Positions 12,690 to 24,789 of a DNA stretch of 64,000 bases are shown here, in pieces. The notes below the pieces were generated by a model. That model was not told where the DNA came from, did no database searches, and worked only from the letters and a program-made list of their open reading frames with translations. The stretch is from the NCBI GenBank assembly GCA_951406725.2, contig OX597822.1, forward strand, positions 9,920,001 through 9,984,000, in the 5' to 3' direction. Position 1 is the stretch's first letter. Each line of letters opens with the position of its first letter. The translations under genes and the position numbers were made by a program. The DNA is from Octopus vulgaris. Its lineage: Eukaryota.

Positions 12690-13215
12690 AGGACGTCACA
12701 AACAGTAAACAACATGAAATACGAAAATAAAGTTGAATACGCAAACAACGAGAGAAACAATGGAAAACAGGAGAAGAAACTAAAGAATGACCCTTCATCA
12801 GTTGTCGGCTGCCTATCTACTCCTCATTTCGAGCATTGAACGACAATATGAATCTCGAAAAGGCAGTTGCTCCTACAAATAGCAAAATAATATTTGGGAT
12901 TTATGGAGGGTCAAAGTTGGGAACAAAAACAGGACAGTGGGGATGTATAAGAAAACCGAACGAAAAGAAACACGGAAGATCGTTAAACCCGAATGAGTGT
13001 AAGATAGCGAACGCTGGAGAAATATTTTCTTTGACTTAGAAGAGAGAAGTATATAGATGCGCCCAGCCTCTAGGACAGCCCTGAAAGCAAAGAAAGAGGG
13101 ACGATGGTCACGTGTGAGCAACGAGAGAGAGATGAAAGGAGAAAGAGGAGGAGAGAGACAAATAGAAAACGGTGAAGGGGAAAATGGAATTAGAGAAAGG
13201 ATGAGAGAGAAAACG
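12690..13215 (-). mobile_element. PLE-type terminal fragment with permuted hammerhead
   Basis: Pyrimidine-rich body between TA-rich tracts; T-rich 3' end like the other PLE termini. Confidence 0.55.
12788..12913 (-). ncRNA. Non-circularly permuted hammerhead candidate, copy A (best preserved)
   Basis: P2 GAGCA/UGCUC, P3 UUCAU/AUGAG with extension CUGCCU/AGGCAG, AUA site, P1 UUGUCG/CGACAA, CUGAUGA, closing helix UGACCCU/AGGGUCA. Confidence 0.7.
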
Positions 13216-13599
13216 ATATATATATATATATTTATATATATATACGGCAAATAAGAAAATGGAGGGGATACAAGACTTCATACATCAACCGGTAGGTATT
13301 CTAGTATGTCAATATTAGTCTAGTGTACTAGAATATATTAGAAGAATACATACATATGTACTAATATTACAGAAAAGAGCAAAAGATCAGATTGTCAGTT
13401 TCTGCCAAGAGCCAACGAAATCCTCCTTGCCTACTACAACTCTTCAGTCTTCTGTAGTGATGGGCAGATACAGTTTGGATGATGAATGTGCCCCTAGGCT
13501 TCTTCAGAGGGTCTAAGTGATTGGTAGGGCTAATACATATAAGAAACAGTTAACAATAGGTACAGTGTGTTTGACTTTTTCTTAAAAAGGGCAGAAAAA

Positions 13600-13745
13600 G
13601 AATATGAGCAAGAATAAGAACAAACATGATGATGTGGGTGAAGTATTTTACTCAAGGATACAACGCATCGGTCGCTCCAGAAATCGAAACCACAAACTCA
13701 TGATCATGAGTCCAACACTCTAACCACTAAGCCACGAGCTTCCAC
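13600..13745 (-). mobile_element. tRNA-derived SINE head (family C-like)
   Basis: Reverse complement GTGGCTTAGTGGTTAGAG...GGTTTCGATTTC. Confidence 0.65.
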
Positions 13746-14133
13746 ACTCCAGTATTTAGTTAGGTTATTCGACTACCACACACACACACACATTCAAACA
13801 CGCTCATACAGTGAAACTCTTACACAAACTCACACACATCACGCTCATGCGCAAACACTCCTCTTTCTACGTCTTCTTAGCACATCATTATATTTTATGA
13901 CTTCCGTGAACGATTGTCGTTTCAGTCCTTTCAAGACATATCTAAGTTTGTTTCTCCTCAATTAATAGATATTTCTCAACTATCGAGCATATCTTCATCC
14001 GCAATTTGAGTGAATGACATTTCTATTTTTTTCATATCTTGGTTCCAAATTATGATAAATTTAATCTTTGATTGATTCGTTATATCTATCTATCTATTTT
14101 ATGTGTATGCACACGTGTATGTATATATATATT

Positions 14134-14355
14134 TATTTAATTTAGAGATAGTAGGCCCTTACATCTCACCATATAAAAAGAATTTTTATTTTAAATACCT
14201 ACTGTTTTAATACTTGGCAACGCGTGTTTCATGAGGTACATCCTCCGGTTCCTAAACCACTCCGGGTCTACTATCTCTAAATTAAAATATATTTCTTCAT
14301 TGGGAATAATTTGAACCTCTGTTATGCCGGAATTTTTTATCCCCTAACAAATAAA

Positions 14356-14360
<5 letters not shown>
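14134..14360 (-). mobile_element. PLE-type terminal fragment with short inverted duplication
   Basis: TTTAATTTAGAGATAGTAG at ~14135 and its reverse complement at ~14268-14286; GAAACACGCGUU motif on minus strand. Confidence 0.5.
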
Positions 14361-14420
<60 letters not shown>

Positions 14421-14534
14421 AAGTTAATCCAAACAGGAAAACAAAAAAAACACAACAACGCGAGGACGTGGAACAAATAAAGTATTATTGGACGCTCAGG
14501 AAAGAAGGGAAGAAGATACGCATACGCACACATA

Positions 14535-14860
14535 TGTGAAGGCGGTTAGAGTGGTTAGATGTAGTGAGTTCGATTCCTGGACCAGGCTGTGTGTGTTGTG
14601 TTCTTGAGCAAGACACTTTATTTCACGTTGCTCCAGTTCACTCATCTGTAGAAAAGGGTTGCGATGTCACTGGTACCAAGCTGTATTAGCCTTGGCCATT
14701 CCCTTGGATGACACCGGTGGAGTGGAGAAGGGATGCTGGTATGCGTGGGCAAGCTGCTGGTCTTCTATAAACAACTTTACCCGGACCTATGCCTTGGAGG
14801 GTAACTTTCTAGGTGTAATCCCATAGTCATTGATGACCGAAAGGGGTATTCACCCTTTAC
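14535..14860 (+). mobile_element. tRNA-derived SINE (family C-like)
   Basis: GTGGTTAG, GTTCGATTCC B-box, TTGTGTTCTTGAGCAAGACAC. Confidence 0.7.
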
Positions 14861-14879
14861 ACACATCTATCTATCTATC

Positions 14880-15042
14880 TTTTTTTTTTTTATTTTATTC
14901 CCCCCTTTTTTTGTCCTCTTTCTTTCCCTTTACGATCCCTTTTGATCGAAAACCAAACCCCCTTTTTTTACCCCCAAAAGAAAAGCTCTACCTTGTAATT
15001 TGTCCTGTCTATGTGCAGCCCTGTGTGGCTAATAAAGAAACA
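14880..15042 (+). mobile_element. Non-LTR retroelement 3' end inserted in (TATC)n
   Basis: Second copy ending at 46462; ends AATAAAGAAACA-(TATC)n. Confidence 0.7.
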
Positions 15043-15112
<70 letters not shown>

Positions 15113-15156
15113 CCTACCTATCTGTCTGTCTATCTGTCTGTCTGTCTGTCTATCTA

Positions 15157-15236
<80 letters not shown>

Positions 15237-15276
15237 CCTACCTATCTGTCTGTCTATCTGTCTGTCTGTCTATCTA

Positions 15277-15340
<64 letters not shown>

Positions 15341-15357
15341 CCTACCTACCTACCTCC
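15043..15357. repeat. (TATC/TGTC/TACC)n compound tetranucleotide repeat
   Basis: Direct reading. Confidence 0.95.
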
Positions 15358-15699
15358 CTCGTATCCAGATTCCTCTATTCAATGTTGTATTACATCCTTG
15401 CATTGAATTTAGCATTGCGTTTCGTATTGTAATCTATTTGGTGTGATTCGATTTAATTTCTATTCAATAATTCCCTTATCTTGCTTCAGAAACACATACG
15501 CCAGCAGATACAACAAACACAATGATAAATGACAGTGAATACTTCCTCGCCACCCTCCACCCGGTCCTATGAACCAACACTTACTAACCACCACCCGGAC
15601 ACTCTTCTGACCTCTTCAATGTTAATTCGTACCTGCTGACATCCAACCTACTCGACACACGTTCGATATAGGTGTGACAACACCACCACCGCCAACCAC

Positions 15700-15834
15700 A
15701 GAACCCAAACCCCTCTGTCGCCACCGCTCACACCGCCACCGCTCACACCGCCACTTCCAGCACCGCCGCTGCCGCCACCACCACGATCACATCTCGCCAC
15801 CACTAAGACCAAGACAACCGCAATGATGGCGACA

Positions 15835-15893
<59 letters not shown>

Positions 15894-16255
15894 AAACATT
15901 ACTACCACAACCTCTCCACTGCCACCACTATCACCACAACCACTACCACCAACACCACTGCCACTACAACCACCACCACAACCATCAACACCTGCACCAA
16001 CAACGCCACCACCACCACCATTCCCTCCACCACAAGTACCATCACAGCCACCTCCACCACCACAACCACCACTATCACAGCTACCACCACAAGCACTACC
16101 ATCACAACAACACCATAACGACAAACATGACAACAACCACCACTACCACTATCACCGCCGCCACCACTACCACCACCACCACCACCAACACCACCACTAC
16201 CACCACCACCACCACCACCAACCCCATTGCTACCACTACCGTGACACCCTACCAC
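15700..16255. repeat. (ACC/ACT/CAA)n low-complexity trinucleotide tract
   Basis: Direct reading. Confidence 0.9.
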
Positions 16256-16480
16256 TAGCACAAGACACAATAGCAAGAACAACAACACAAACAGCGTCAT
16301 CAGGATGAACGTAGTTCAGAGCGAAATCTGTTGAGGTGATCCGGGTGGTTACGGATGGGGTATGAAGGTCTCAAAATATTTTCGTTGTCAATGGAGAAAC
16401 ATTGCATAAAGTTGGTATCGAGAGTTCGAACGGTTCTGTTAACATTTGTGTAACACAAAGTGCACCGCCTAATTCTCTCT

Positions 16481-16552
<72 letters not shown>

Positions 16553-16584
16553 GTTTGTTTGTCTATCTGTTTGTACACATATAC

Positions 16585-16983
16585 TCTTTTACTAGTTTCA
16601 TTCACCGCCTTTTAGTGGAAGAAGTCGACCCCAGGACTGATTCTTTGTAAGCCTAGTACTTATTCTATCGTTCTCTTAACCGAACCGCTAAGTTACGGGG
16701 ACGTAAACACTCCAACATCGGTTGTCAAGTGATGGTGGGGGACAAACACAGGCACAAATACACACACACACATACATACACATACATACACATACACATA
16801 CATACACACATATATATATACGACGGGTTTCTTTCAGTTTCCGTCTACCAAATCCACTCACAAGGCTTTGGTCGGCCCGAGGCTATAGTAGAAGACTTGC
16901 CCAAGGTGCCACGCAGCTGGACTGAACCTAGAACTATGTGGTTGGGAAGCAAGCTTCTTACCACACATCCACTCCTACGCTTA
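16585..16983 (-). mobile_element. SINE family A
   Basis: Matches family consensus. Confidence 0.9.
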
Positions 16984-17065
16984 TGTATGTATGCTTGTAT
17001 TGCTTGTATGTATGTATGTATGTATTTATGTATGCATGTATGTATGTATACATAAAATAAATATT

Positions 17066-17446
17066 ACAAGACCACTCAGAGAGCGCAAACCTCTGCCAAG
17101 GCAGCACCAACGTCCTCTCAACGATTAACTGGGGATGATTTTTGAAATGAAAATATTTCAAATAAACTCGACTGCTCTCACGAGAATACTAACAGTGAAC
17201 CCGATCGCTCTCAAACATTAAGTAAAAAAACTGGAAAAATAATCCAGAATTCTTGTCCGGCACTGGATTGATCCTAAAATCTAATCAGTTCGTGCCAGTC
17301 ACGAGGCCAAACATCCCTGAAACTTTCATCCGAATCCATCTTGCAGTTCTTGAGATATCTTGTCCACGGTCAAACAAACCAACCAACAAAGAAATACGAC
17401 TGAAAGAAACAATACACCCCCACCCTTCGCTAAGGCGGAGGTAATA
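17066..17446 (-). mobile_element. Helentron/DINE-1-like non-autonomous element
   Basis: Subterminal inverted repeats ACCTCTGCC / GGCGGAGGT; ends TTATTACCTCCGCC and CTTGT; short (AACC) repeat. Confidence 0.6.
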
Positions 17447-17449
17447 ATA

Positions 17450-17830
17450 CTTTCTAATACAGGTATAAGGTATGAAATCTGGTTGAAGTGGACTTGTCAA
17501 TCTTGTTAACCCCGGTGCTCAACTAGTGCTTTATTTATCGACCCCGAAAGAATGAAAGGCAAAGTTGACTGCAGTGGAATCAAGACTCAGAACGCAAAGA
17601 CGGATGAAATAATGTTAAGCATTTTGTCCGGTGTGTTAACGATTCTGTCAGCAAGTTTTAATGATAACTATAGGCACAGGGTCAGCAACAGCGAACCCAG
17701 TAGTTATTTAATCGTCAGTGAAAGGATGAAAAGCAAAGTCGACCGCAGCGTAATTAGAACACAGAACGCAAAGATGGACCAAATGAGGCTAAGCACTTTC
17801 ACCGGCGCGCTAACGATTCTGCCAGTTCAA
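17450..17830 (-). mobile_element. Two tandem SINE family B copies
   Basis: GACCCCGAAAGaATGAAAGGCAAAGT and GCTAACGATTCTG motifs twice. Confidence 0.8.
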
Positions 17831-17834
17831 TGCT

Positions 17835-17887
<53 letters not shown>

Positions 17888-17890
<3 letters not shown>

Positions 17891-18414
17891 CATGGCTTCT
17901 GATCTTAACTGATTGGAAGTGTTATCATGTACATTGTTTTGTCTTGGTATAAAAGATGGGCTACAGCAAATATTCTGCTCAATACCACAGATTTGCTTGT
18001 CAGTTGTTTGACCTTAACCGGTTGAGCATGTCCCTTAGTGGCTGACAATACGTGCATCTCTGATCACGAGCAGAAGTAGTGGGGGAGCATCATAGCCATG
18101 TGTTGAGAGGGATTCTTTGGAGTTTGAATAATTCACCTCTGGAAACATAGGTGTTTCGTTCAACATCCTAAAGCAACCCTTATTCAGGGACCTTTTGAGC
18201 AGGATGGGCTACTCGACCTGAAGAAAATTCTAACTGGGCCCACCTGCAAGGTCATGTGCTGTTTATCTTGATATGAGATCACCATGTCGCGCACATATGG
18301 TTGTGATGCATGTGCCTGGTGTACCTTTATCAGACGGGTAGTCATGATGGGTATGCTGGGCTTCGTATATTTTACCCCAGTGTCACTTTGATGGTATGCA
18401 CTGCTCTCTCACTC

Positions 18415-18415
<1 letters not shown>
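17888..18415 (+). mobile_element. LINE 3' end in (AAT)n, copy 1
   Basis: High identity to 18498-18969; flanked by (AAT)n on both sides. Confidence 0.75.
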
Positions 18416-18497
<82 letters not shown>

Positions 18498-18498
<1 letters not shown>

Positions 18499-18969
18499 TG
18501 GTATAAAAGATGGGCTACAGCAAATATTCTTCTCAATACCACAGATTTGCTTGTCAGTTGTTTGACCATAACCAGTTGAGCATGTCCCTTAGTGGCTGAC
18601 GATATGTGCATCTCTGATCACGAGCAGAAGTAGTGGGGGAGCATCATAGCCATGTGTTGAGAGGGATTCTTTGGGGTTTGAATAATTCACCTCTGGAAAC
18701 ATGGGTGGTCTTTCAACATCCTTAAACAACCCTTATTCAGGGACCTTTTGAGCGAGATGGGCTACTCAACCTGAAGAAAATTCTAACTGGGCCCCACTTG
18801 CAAGGTCATGCACTGTTTATCTTGATATGAGATCACCATGTCGCGTACATATGGTTGTGATGCATGTGCCTGGTGTACCCTTATCAGACGGGTAGTCATG
18901 ATGGGTATATTGGGCTTCGTATATTTTACCCCAGTGTCACTTTGATGGCATGAACTGCTCTCTCACTCA
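18498..18969 (+). mobile_element. LINE 3' end in (AAT)n, copy 2
   Basis: Same 3' end CTCTCTCACTC-(AAT)n, different 5' truncation. Confidence 0.75.
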
Positions 18970-19009
18970 ATAATAATAATAATGATAATAATAATAATAA
19001 TAATAATAA

Positions 19010-19215
19010 TCCTTTCTATTAAAGGCTCAAGACTTGAAATCTAGCGGGGAGGGGACTAGTCGGTTATTTCGACGCCAGTCTTTCACTGGTCCTTAATAAT
19101 TCGATCCCGAAAGGATGAAAGACAAAGTTGAATCGGAATTTGAACTCAGAACGTAAAGAGCCGGAAGAAATGCTGCTAAACAGTTTGTTCGGTGTACTAA
19201 CAATTCTGACTAATC
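19010..19215 (-). mobile_element. SINE family B
   Basis: CCCGAAAGGATGAAAG...GGAATTTGAACTCAGAACG. Confidence 0.8.
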
Positions 19216-19481
19216 TCCATCCTTCAATAATAATAACAATAATAATGATGATGGACTCTCTCGTCGAAGTCGACATATATGTGTTCAGCTTTTGCCGAAT
19301 GACCTGCACAAATGCTTTGCTTTAAGTAATCAATTGTATGTGCTGTACATCGACTCACTCAATCCATGAAATCGCCATTGCCTGAACAAGTGCACGCTGT
19401 ACCACGTGCCAGATGTCGAAGTGAACACAGAACAACGTGAGATGAAGTGGTTTGCTCAAGAGCACAGCGCACTACCCGGTC

Positions 19482-19526
<45 letters not shown>

Positions 19527-19537
19527 TAATAATAATA

Positions 19538-19584
<47 letters not shown>

Positions 19585-19589
19585 TAATA

Positions 19590-20045
19590 ATGATTATTTC
19601 TTTTATTTGCCACAAACATGAAGGATGAGGTGGACAATACAAAGACAGACATAAAGTGTGGGAGCTTACATATAATGAAATGATAAAAAAAAATGGTGCC
19701 CCAGCATGGCCGCGGCCTTCGGGCTAAAACATTTTTAAGGATTTAAGGATTTATACACGGTATGCACTGAAAAAGAGAAAAGGGACAACTGCACAGCATA
19801 CAAAGGTTTAAAAAATAGTGGCGGGGAGGATGATAGAGATGTGACCCCTAGAGATAATCGAGGGCCCCCGCTCTCCGAGATTTCCCTGAAACCCTAGAGC
19901 AAGTGCTCTCTCCAATTCCTTCTCTCCCACTCACAGGTCTACACTTAGAGAGGTACCATCCACTCTCGCCAGTTTCGTAACTTTCACCCACCTTTCAATA
20001 CGCTCACTCGGGGACAGCACTTCCCTCTTCACACTCGATTTTCTT
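19590..20045 (-). mobile_element. Probable LINE 3' fragment
   Basis: Ends TTTGTGGCAAATAAAAGAAAT like the 15042/46462 tail; non-repetitive purine-rich body. Confidence 0.4.
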
Positions 20046-20050
20046 CATAA

Positions 20051-20094
<44 letters not shown>

Positions 20095-20136
20095 GAAATA
20101 TGTTACAAAAAGAAAATATAAAATACACGTGGAATG

Positions 20137-20541
20137 TAAGGGTAAAATATGAAAAATCAACGAAAATGCACATTGCAAATAAAAAAAAGGCTATTTGTGA
20201 CAGGTAACGACAAATATATACATTTAGAATGACTGAGGTAGTAATATGAGTCATAAAAGTCATTATTATGAGATGATTAAAAGATGATAATAAAGTAAGA
20301 GAACAAAGCGAACCATGTGTATTCGCCGGTGTCTTTCAAGCGATGAATAGTTTGCGTAAACTATGGTTCGCTTTGTTCTCTTACTTTATTATCATCTTTT
20401 AATCATCTCATAATAATGACTTTTATGACTTGTATTACTACCTCAGTCATTCTAAATGTATATATTTGTCGTTACCTGTCATAAATAGCCTTTTTATATT
20501 TACAAAGTGCATTTTCGTTGAATTTTCATATTTTACCCCTA
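20137..20541. repeat. Long inverted repeat (~180-bp arms, 46-bp spacer)
   Basis: 20137-20316 is the reverse complement of 20363-20541 with few mismatches; between (TA)n tracts. Confidence 0.95.
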
Positions 20542-20718
20542 TATATATATAGTGCAAACAGAGTTAGCAGTTGTAGTAACCGACTAAGGGATAAAATATC
20601 TGTATGTACTATCGGTATCCATTACCCGTGTTATCTCTGGGCATTGGTGTGCAGGCATACTATACACGTGGATGACAGGTAAGAACAGGATAAACAAGAG
20701 TTTATCAGGAAATAAATG

Positions 20719-20769
<51 letters not shown>

Positions 20770-21084
20770 TCACATATATATATGTATGTATGTATACATA
20801 TATATGCATGTATATGCATGTATATACACACATACACAAATACATATACATACATACACACATGTGTGCGTGTGTACGTGCGCGCGCGCGTGTGTGTGTG
20901 TAAGCAAGGTGTACATTATGGTAATCTAATAGCATTTATGATTTTAATCGAAATCCAAGAAGTCTAACAGAAACGTACAAAATAGTTACGAAGCCATTAT
21001 TAACGGAATTACGTAAGAGACTATTAATAAACGAATTAGGAATTTCTGTTGTTTATGTCTTCTGCGAACAGTGAAGAAAAGTAT

Positions 21085-21306
21085 ATCTATTTCTTTACTA
21101 CCCACAAGGGGCTAAACACAGAGAGGACAAACAAGCGGATTAAGTCGATTATATCGACCCCAGTGCGTAACTGGTACTTATTTAATCGACCCCGAAAGGA
21201 TGAAAGGCAAAGTCGACCTCGGCGGAATTTGAACCCTGAACGTAGCGGCAGACGAAATACCGCTAAGTATTTTGCCCGGCGTGCTAACGTTTCTGCCAGC
21301 TCGCCA
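21085..21306 (-). mobile_element. SINE family B, near full length
   Basis: Reverse complement GGCGAGCTGGCAGAAACGTTAGC...GGTTCAAATTCC (Pol III boxes)...GCCTTTCATCCTTTCGGGGTCGAT. Confidence 0.9.
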
Positions 21307-21321
21307 CAGTGAAGAAAAGTG

Positions 21322-21856
21322 TATGGTTGAAACGCCGCCCGTCCAATGGACGGTGCTGAATCATATCTGCGAAATAAAAAGCAATCAGTGTTTTCTTTCC
21401 ATTAAAAAATAATAAAGCATGCCTTTATTTCAATAAAATTTTTGGTTTTGTTAAACGAAGTTGAGGCAAAAAAAAATAATAATTGAGAAACCAAATTGTC
21501 TTTCCTTCCTTCATGCCAAGTTTGAAGAAAATATCTGTTTTGCATATCACATTTTTGGTCTCTTAAGTATACTGCATTTTGTGGTATTATTTCAAGCCAG
21601 CGCTCTTTTTTTGCGCAAACTGCACGTGCATTTTTCTCGCGTACGCGTAGTATCGGTCGCAACAGCTGATGTACTTGTGCGTACAAATGCACGTTCCCAC
21701 GGCTTTATTGATCGCATTCTCACCTGGATTAGATTTTTGTAATTTTTTCAAGACTTATACACGCCCTGATACCGTCGGTATCAACATATCAAATTTGAGC
21801 GCAATTGGATGGAGGATGCCCGAGATCCTAGAAGACACACAGACAGAACGGATTAT

Positions 21857-21860
<4 letters not shown>
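21322..21860 (-). mobile_element. Non-autonomous Helitron-like element
   Basis: Homologous ends to 27401-27972; CCGTCCATTGGACGG subterminal hairpin. Confidence 0.7.
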
Positions 21861-21927
<67 letters not shown>

Positions 21928-22199
21928 ACGTATATATATATTGTCTACTCCGTATGCAGAGTTGACCAACCACCTCCTGCACTTACACCTTAAAACCGTC
22001 ATGGCATCTGATGTAGCTTTTTAAAGTTATATATATATATATACATATACATATACATATATGTATATATACATATATAAATATATATATATATACATAC
22101 ACATATATATATATATATACACACACACACATACACACATACATATACACACACACACACACATACACACATACATATATATACACACACATATGCATA

Positions 22200-22325
22200 T
22201 ATACGACGGGCTTCTTTCAGCTCCCGACAATCAAATCCACTCACAAGGCTTTTGTCGACCCAAGGCCCTAGCAGAAGCCGCTGAACCCGGAACCATGTGG
22301 CAGGGAAGAAAACTTCGTACCACAC
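22200..22325 (-). mobile_element. SINE family A head
   Basis: Family match. Confidence 0.75.
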
Positions 22326-22360
22326 ATACACACACACTCACACACGCACACACACGCCCA

Positions 22361-22421
<61 letters not shown>

Positions 22422-23151
22422 TATATATTTGTCAATATTATTTTATTTATCGTTAATGATTTATGAGATTCCGTTTTTCTGAGTAAATTTATCTTCCAAT
22501 TTGTTTACTTAAGTTTAGATAGTCTTTTATGAGAATTTTGTTTTAAGTGATGTCCACCTCCTTTTATGACTACCGCGGCTGCTGTCTCGCTTAATTGATT
22601 TTTCTCCAGGTGATATCGATGAACACATCTGTTTCCACTGTATCTATACTTGCCGACGTAACATTTATCTTTATCTTCCTTTTATAAATCCCAGTTATTT
22701 TGCCATCCTTATATCTCCGGGAATCTCTTATATCGATAGGTGGTCCCTGGTTGTTGGTCCCATACACAATATCACTATATTGTTTCATTCCAAGAGTCTA
22801 TCCCCAGATATTTGTTTCCCTTCTCTATATTTTCTTTCATATTCACACATTTATTTTCTTTGGTATAGATCTGTTTCAGATTTCGTAGATCGATATTCTA
22901 TAAGGATGTTATAAAGATTCATTGTTTTGTTTTCATATATCTTTTGTTTACTCTAGCCTTATCTTTGTGATTTATATTCTCAATGTTTACCGTTTTGACG
23001 ATATTATTTCTCCTGCTTTTATTTATATTCGTACTTTATTTATTCCCTATTTTTATTCTTTTTAAATATTATATATTGATATATCTTTGCTATTTTAAAC
23101 AGATGTATGCTATGCATATATAGATATATACATACATACATACAGACATAC

Positions 23152-23216
<65 letters not shown>

Positions 23217-23251
23217 ATATAATATATAGTACATATATTCATATTATATCT

Positions 23252-23292
<41 letters not shown>

Positions 23293-23295
<3 letters not shown>

Positions 23296-23690
23296 CGCAG
23301 GAGTGGCTGTGTGGTAAGTAGCTTGCTAACCAACCACATGGTTCCGGGTTCAGTCCACTGCGTGGCATCTTGGGCAAGTGTCTTCTGCTATAGCCCCGGG
23401 CCGACCAATGCCTTGTGAGTGGATTTGGTAGACGGAAACTGAAAGAAGCCTGTCGTATATATGTATATATATGTATGTGTGTGTGTCTGTGTTTGTCCCC
23501 CTAGCATTGCTTGACAACCGATGCTGGTGTGTTTACGTCCCCGTCACTTAGCGGTTCGGCAAAAGAGACCGATAGAATAAGTACTGGGCTTACAAAGAAT
23601 AAGTCCCGGGGTCGATTTGCTCGACTAAAGGTGGTGCTCCAGCATGGCCGCAGTCAAATGACTGAAACAAGTAAAAAAGAAAAAGAAAAA
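23293..23690 (+). mobile_element. SINE family A, full length
   Basis: tRNA-like head (TGGCTGTGTGG, GGTTCAGTCC), TTGGGCAAGT core, internal (TA)/(TG) tract, tail TGACTGAAACAAG. Confidence 0.95.
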
Positions 23691-23698
23691 GAAATATA

Positions 23699-23735
<37 letters not shown>

Positions 23736-23799
23736 ATATATAATACATATATATATATATGTACAAACATAATGTGTGTACACACACTCACACACATAT

Positions 23800-24010
23800 A
23801 TACTCTTTTATTATTTTATTTGTTCCAGCCATTTGACTGCTGCCATGCTGGAGCACCACCTTTAGTCGAACAAATCGACCTCAGGACTTATTCTTTGTAA
23901 GCCTAGTACTTATTATATCGGTATCTAATGTCGAATCGCTAAGCTATGGTGACATAAACGCACTGACATCGGTTGTCATGCCATGGTGGAGGGGCAAAAA
24001 CAAACACACA
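23800..24010 (-). mobile_element. SINE family A tail half
   Basis: Family match. Confidence 0.85.
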
Positions 24011-24204
24011 AGCACACACACATAAATATATGTATATATATTATAGCGTATTTCATATATATATATATATATATATGTGTGTATATGTGTGTATGTGTAT
24101 GTGTGTGTGAGTGTATGTGCATATGTATATATGTATGTATGCATGTATGTATGTATGTATGTATGTGTGTGTGTATGTATGGATGTATACATACATATAT
24201 TAAG

Positions 24205-24566
24205 TTATAAAAATAGGGTAAAGTAAAATAATTTACTTTACCACACACCGAGCTTTTTAGAAATAGCAGCCAAAAACGTGGCTATTTTTTCCACTGCAAG
24301 AAAAGTCTCCAAGACAATGCATACTCAGAAAGGATGGAAATGTTGGCGCTTAATCCACTAATCCAGAAACAGGGTGTCCTCGGGTGATCTCATATGGATG
24401 TGATCCTTCGTTGTTTTTCCCTTATACCTATGTGAGTTATTTCTGAGTATGCATTGTCTGGGAGACTTTTCTTGCAGCGGAAGAAATAGCCAAATTTTTG
24501 GCTGCTATTTCTAAAAAGCTCGGTGTGTGGTAAAGTAAATTATTTTACTTTACCCTATTTTTATAA
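24205..24566. repeat. Long inverted repeat (~127-bp arms, ~108-bp spacer)
   Basis: 24205-24331 versus 24440-24566. Confidence 0.95.
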
Positions 24567-24789
24567 AGTAATATTTCAAATATACCGTAAATGGTCGTTT
24601 TACATACCGAACACTGCTCGGTCGAATTAATTAATAATTAATTAATTCTACCCTTTTTTATTGACATACATATATTAATATATTAGACGGATATACATAT
24701 CTATCTTTTCAGTGAAAAACTGAAGTCATTTATAAGACCAGGGATATTTTGCGTTCAATAATCGTTCCTAATTTAAGCGCATAAGGTCA

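Noticed and set aside
15823-16308. Pro/Thr/His-rich ORF resembling extensin or formin
   Set aside because: Degenerate (ACC)n tract like those at 44.7-45.5 kb and 61-61.8 kb; no complex sequence
22560-23100. Possible LINE endonuclease fragment on minus strand
   Set aside because: Only vague similarity; multiple stops; no diagnostic motif
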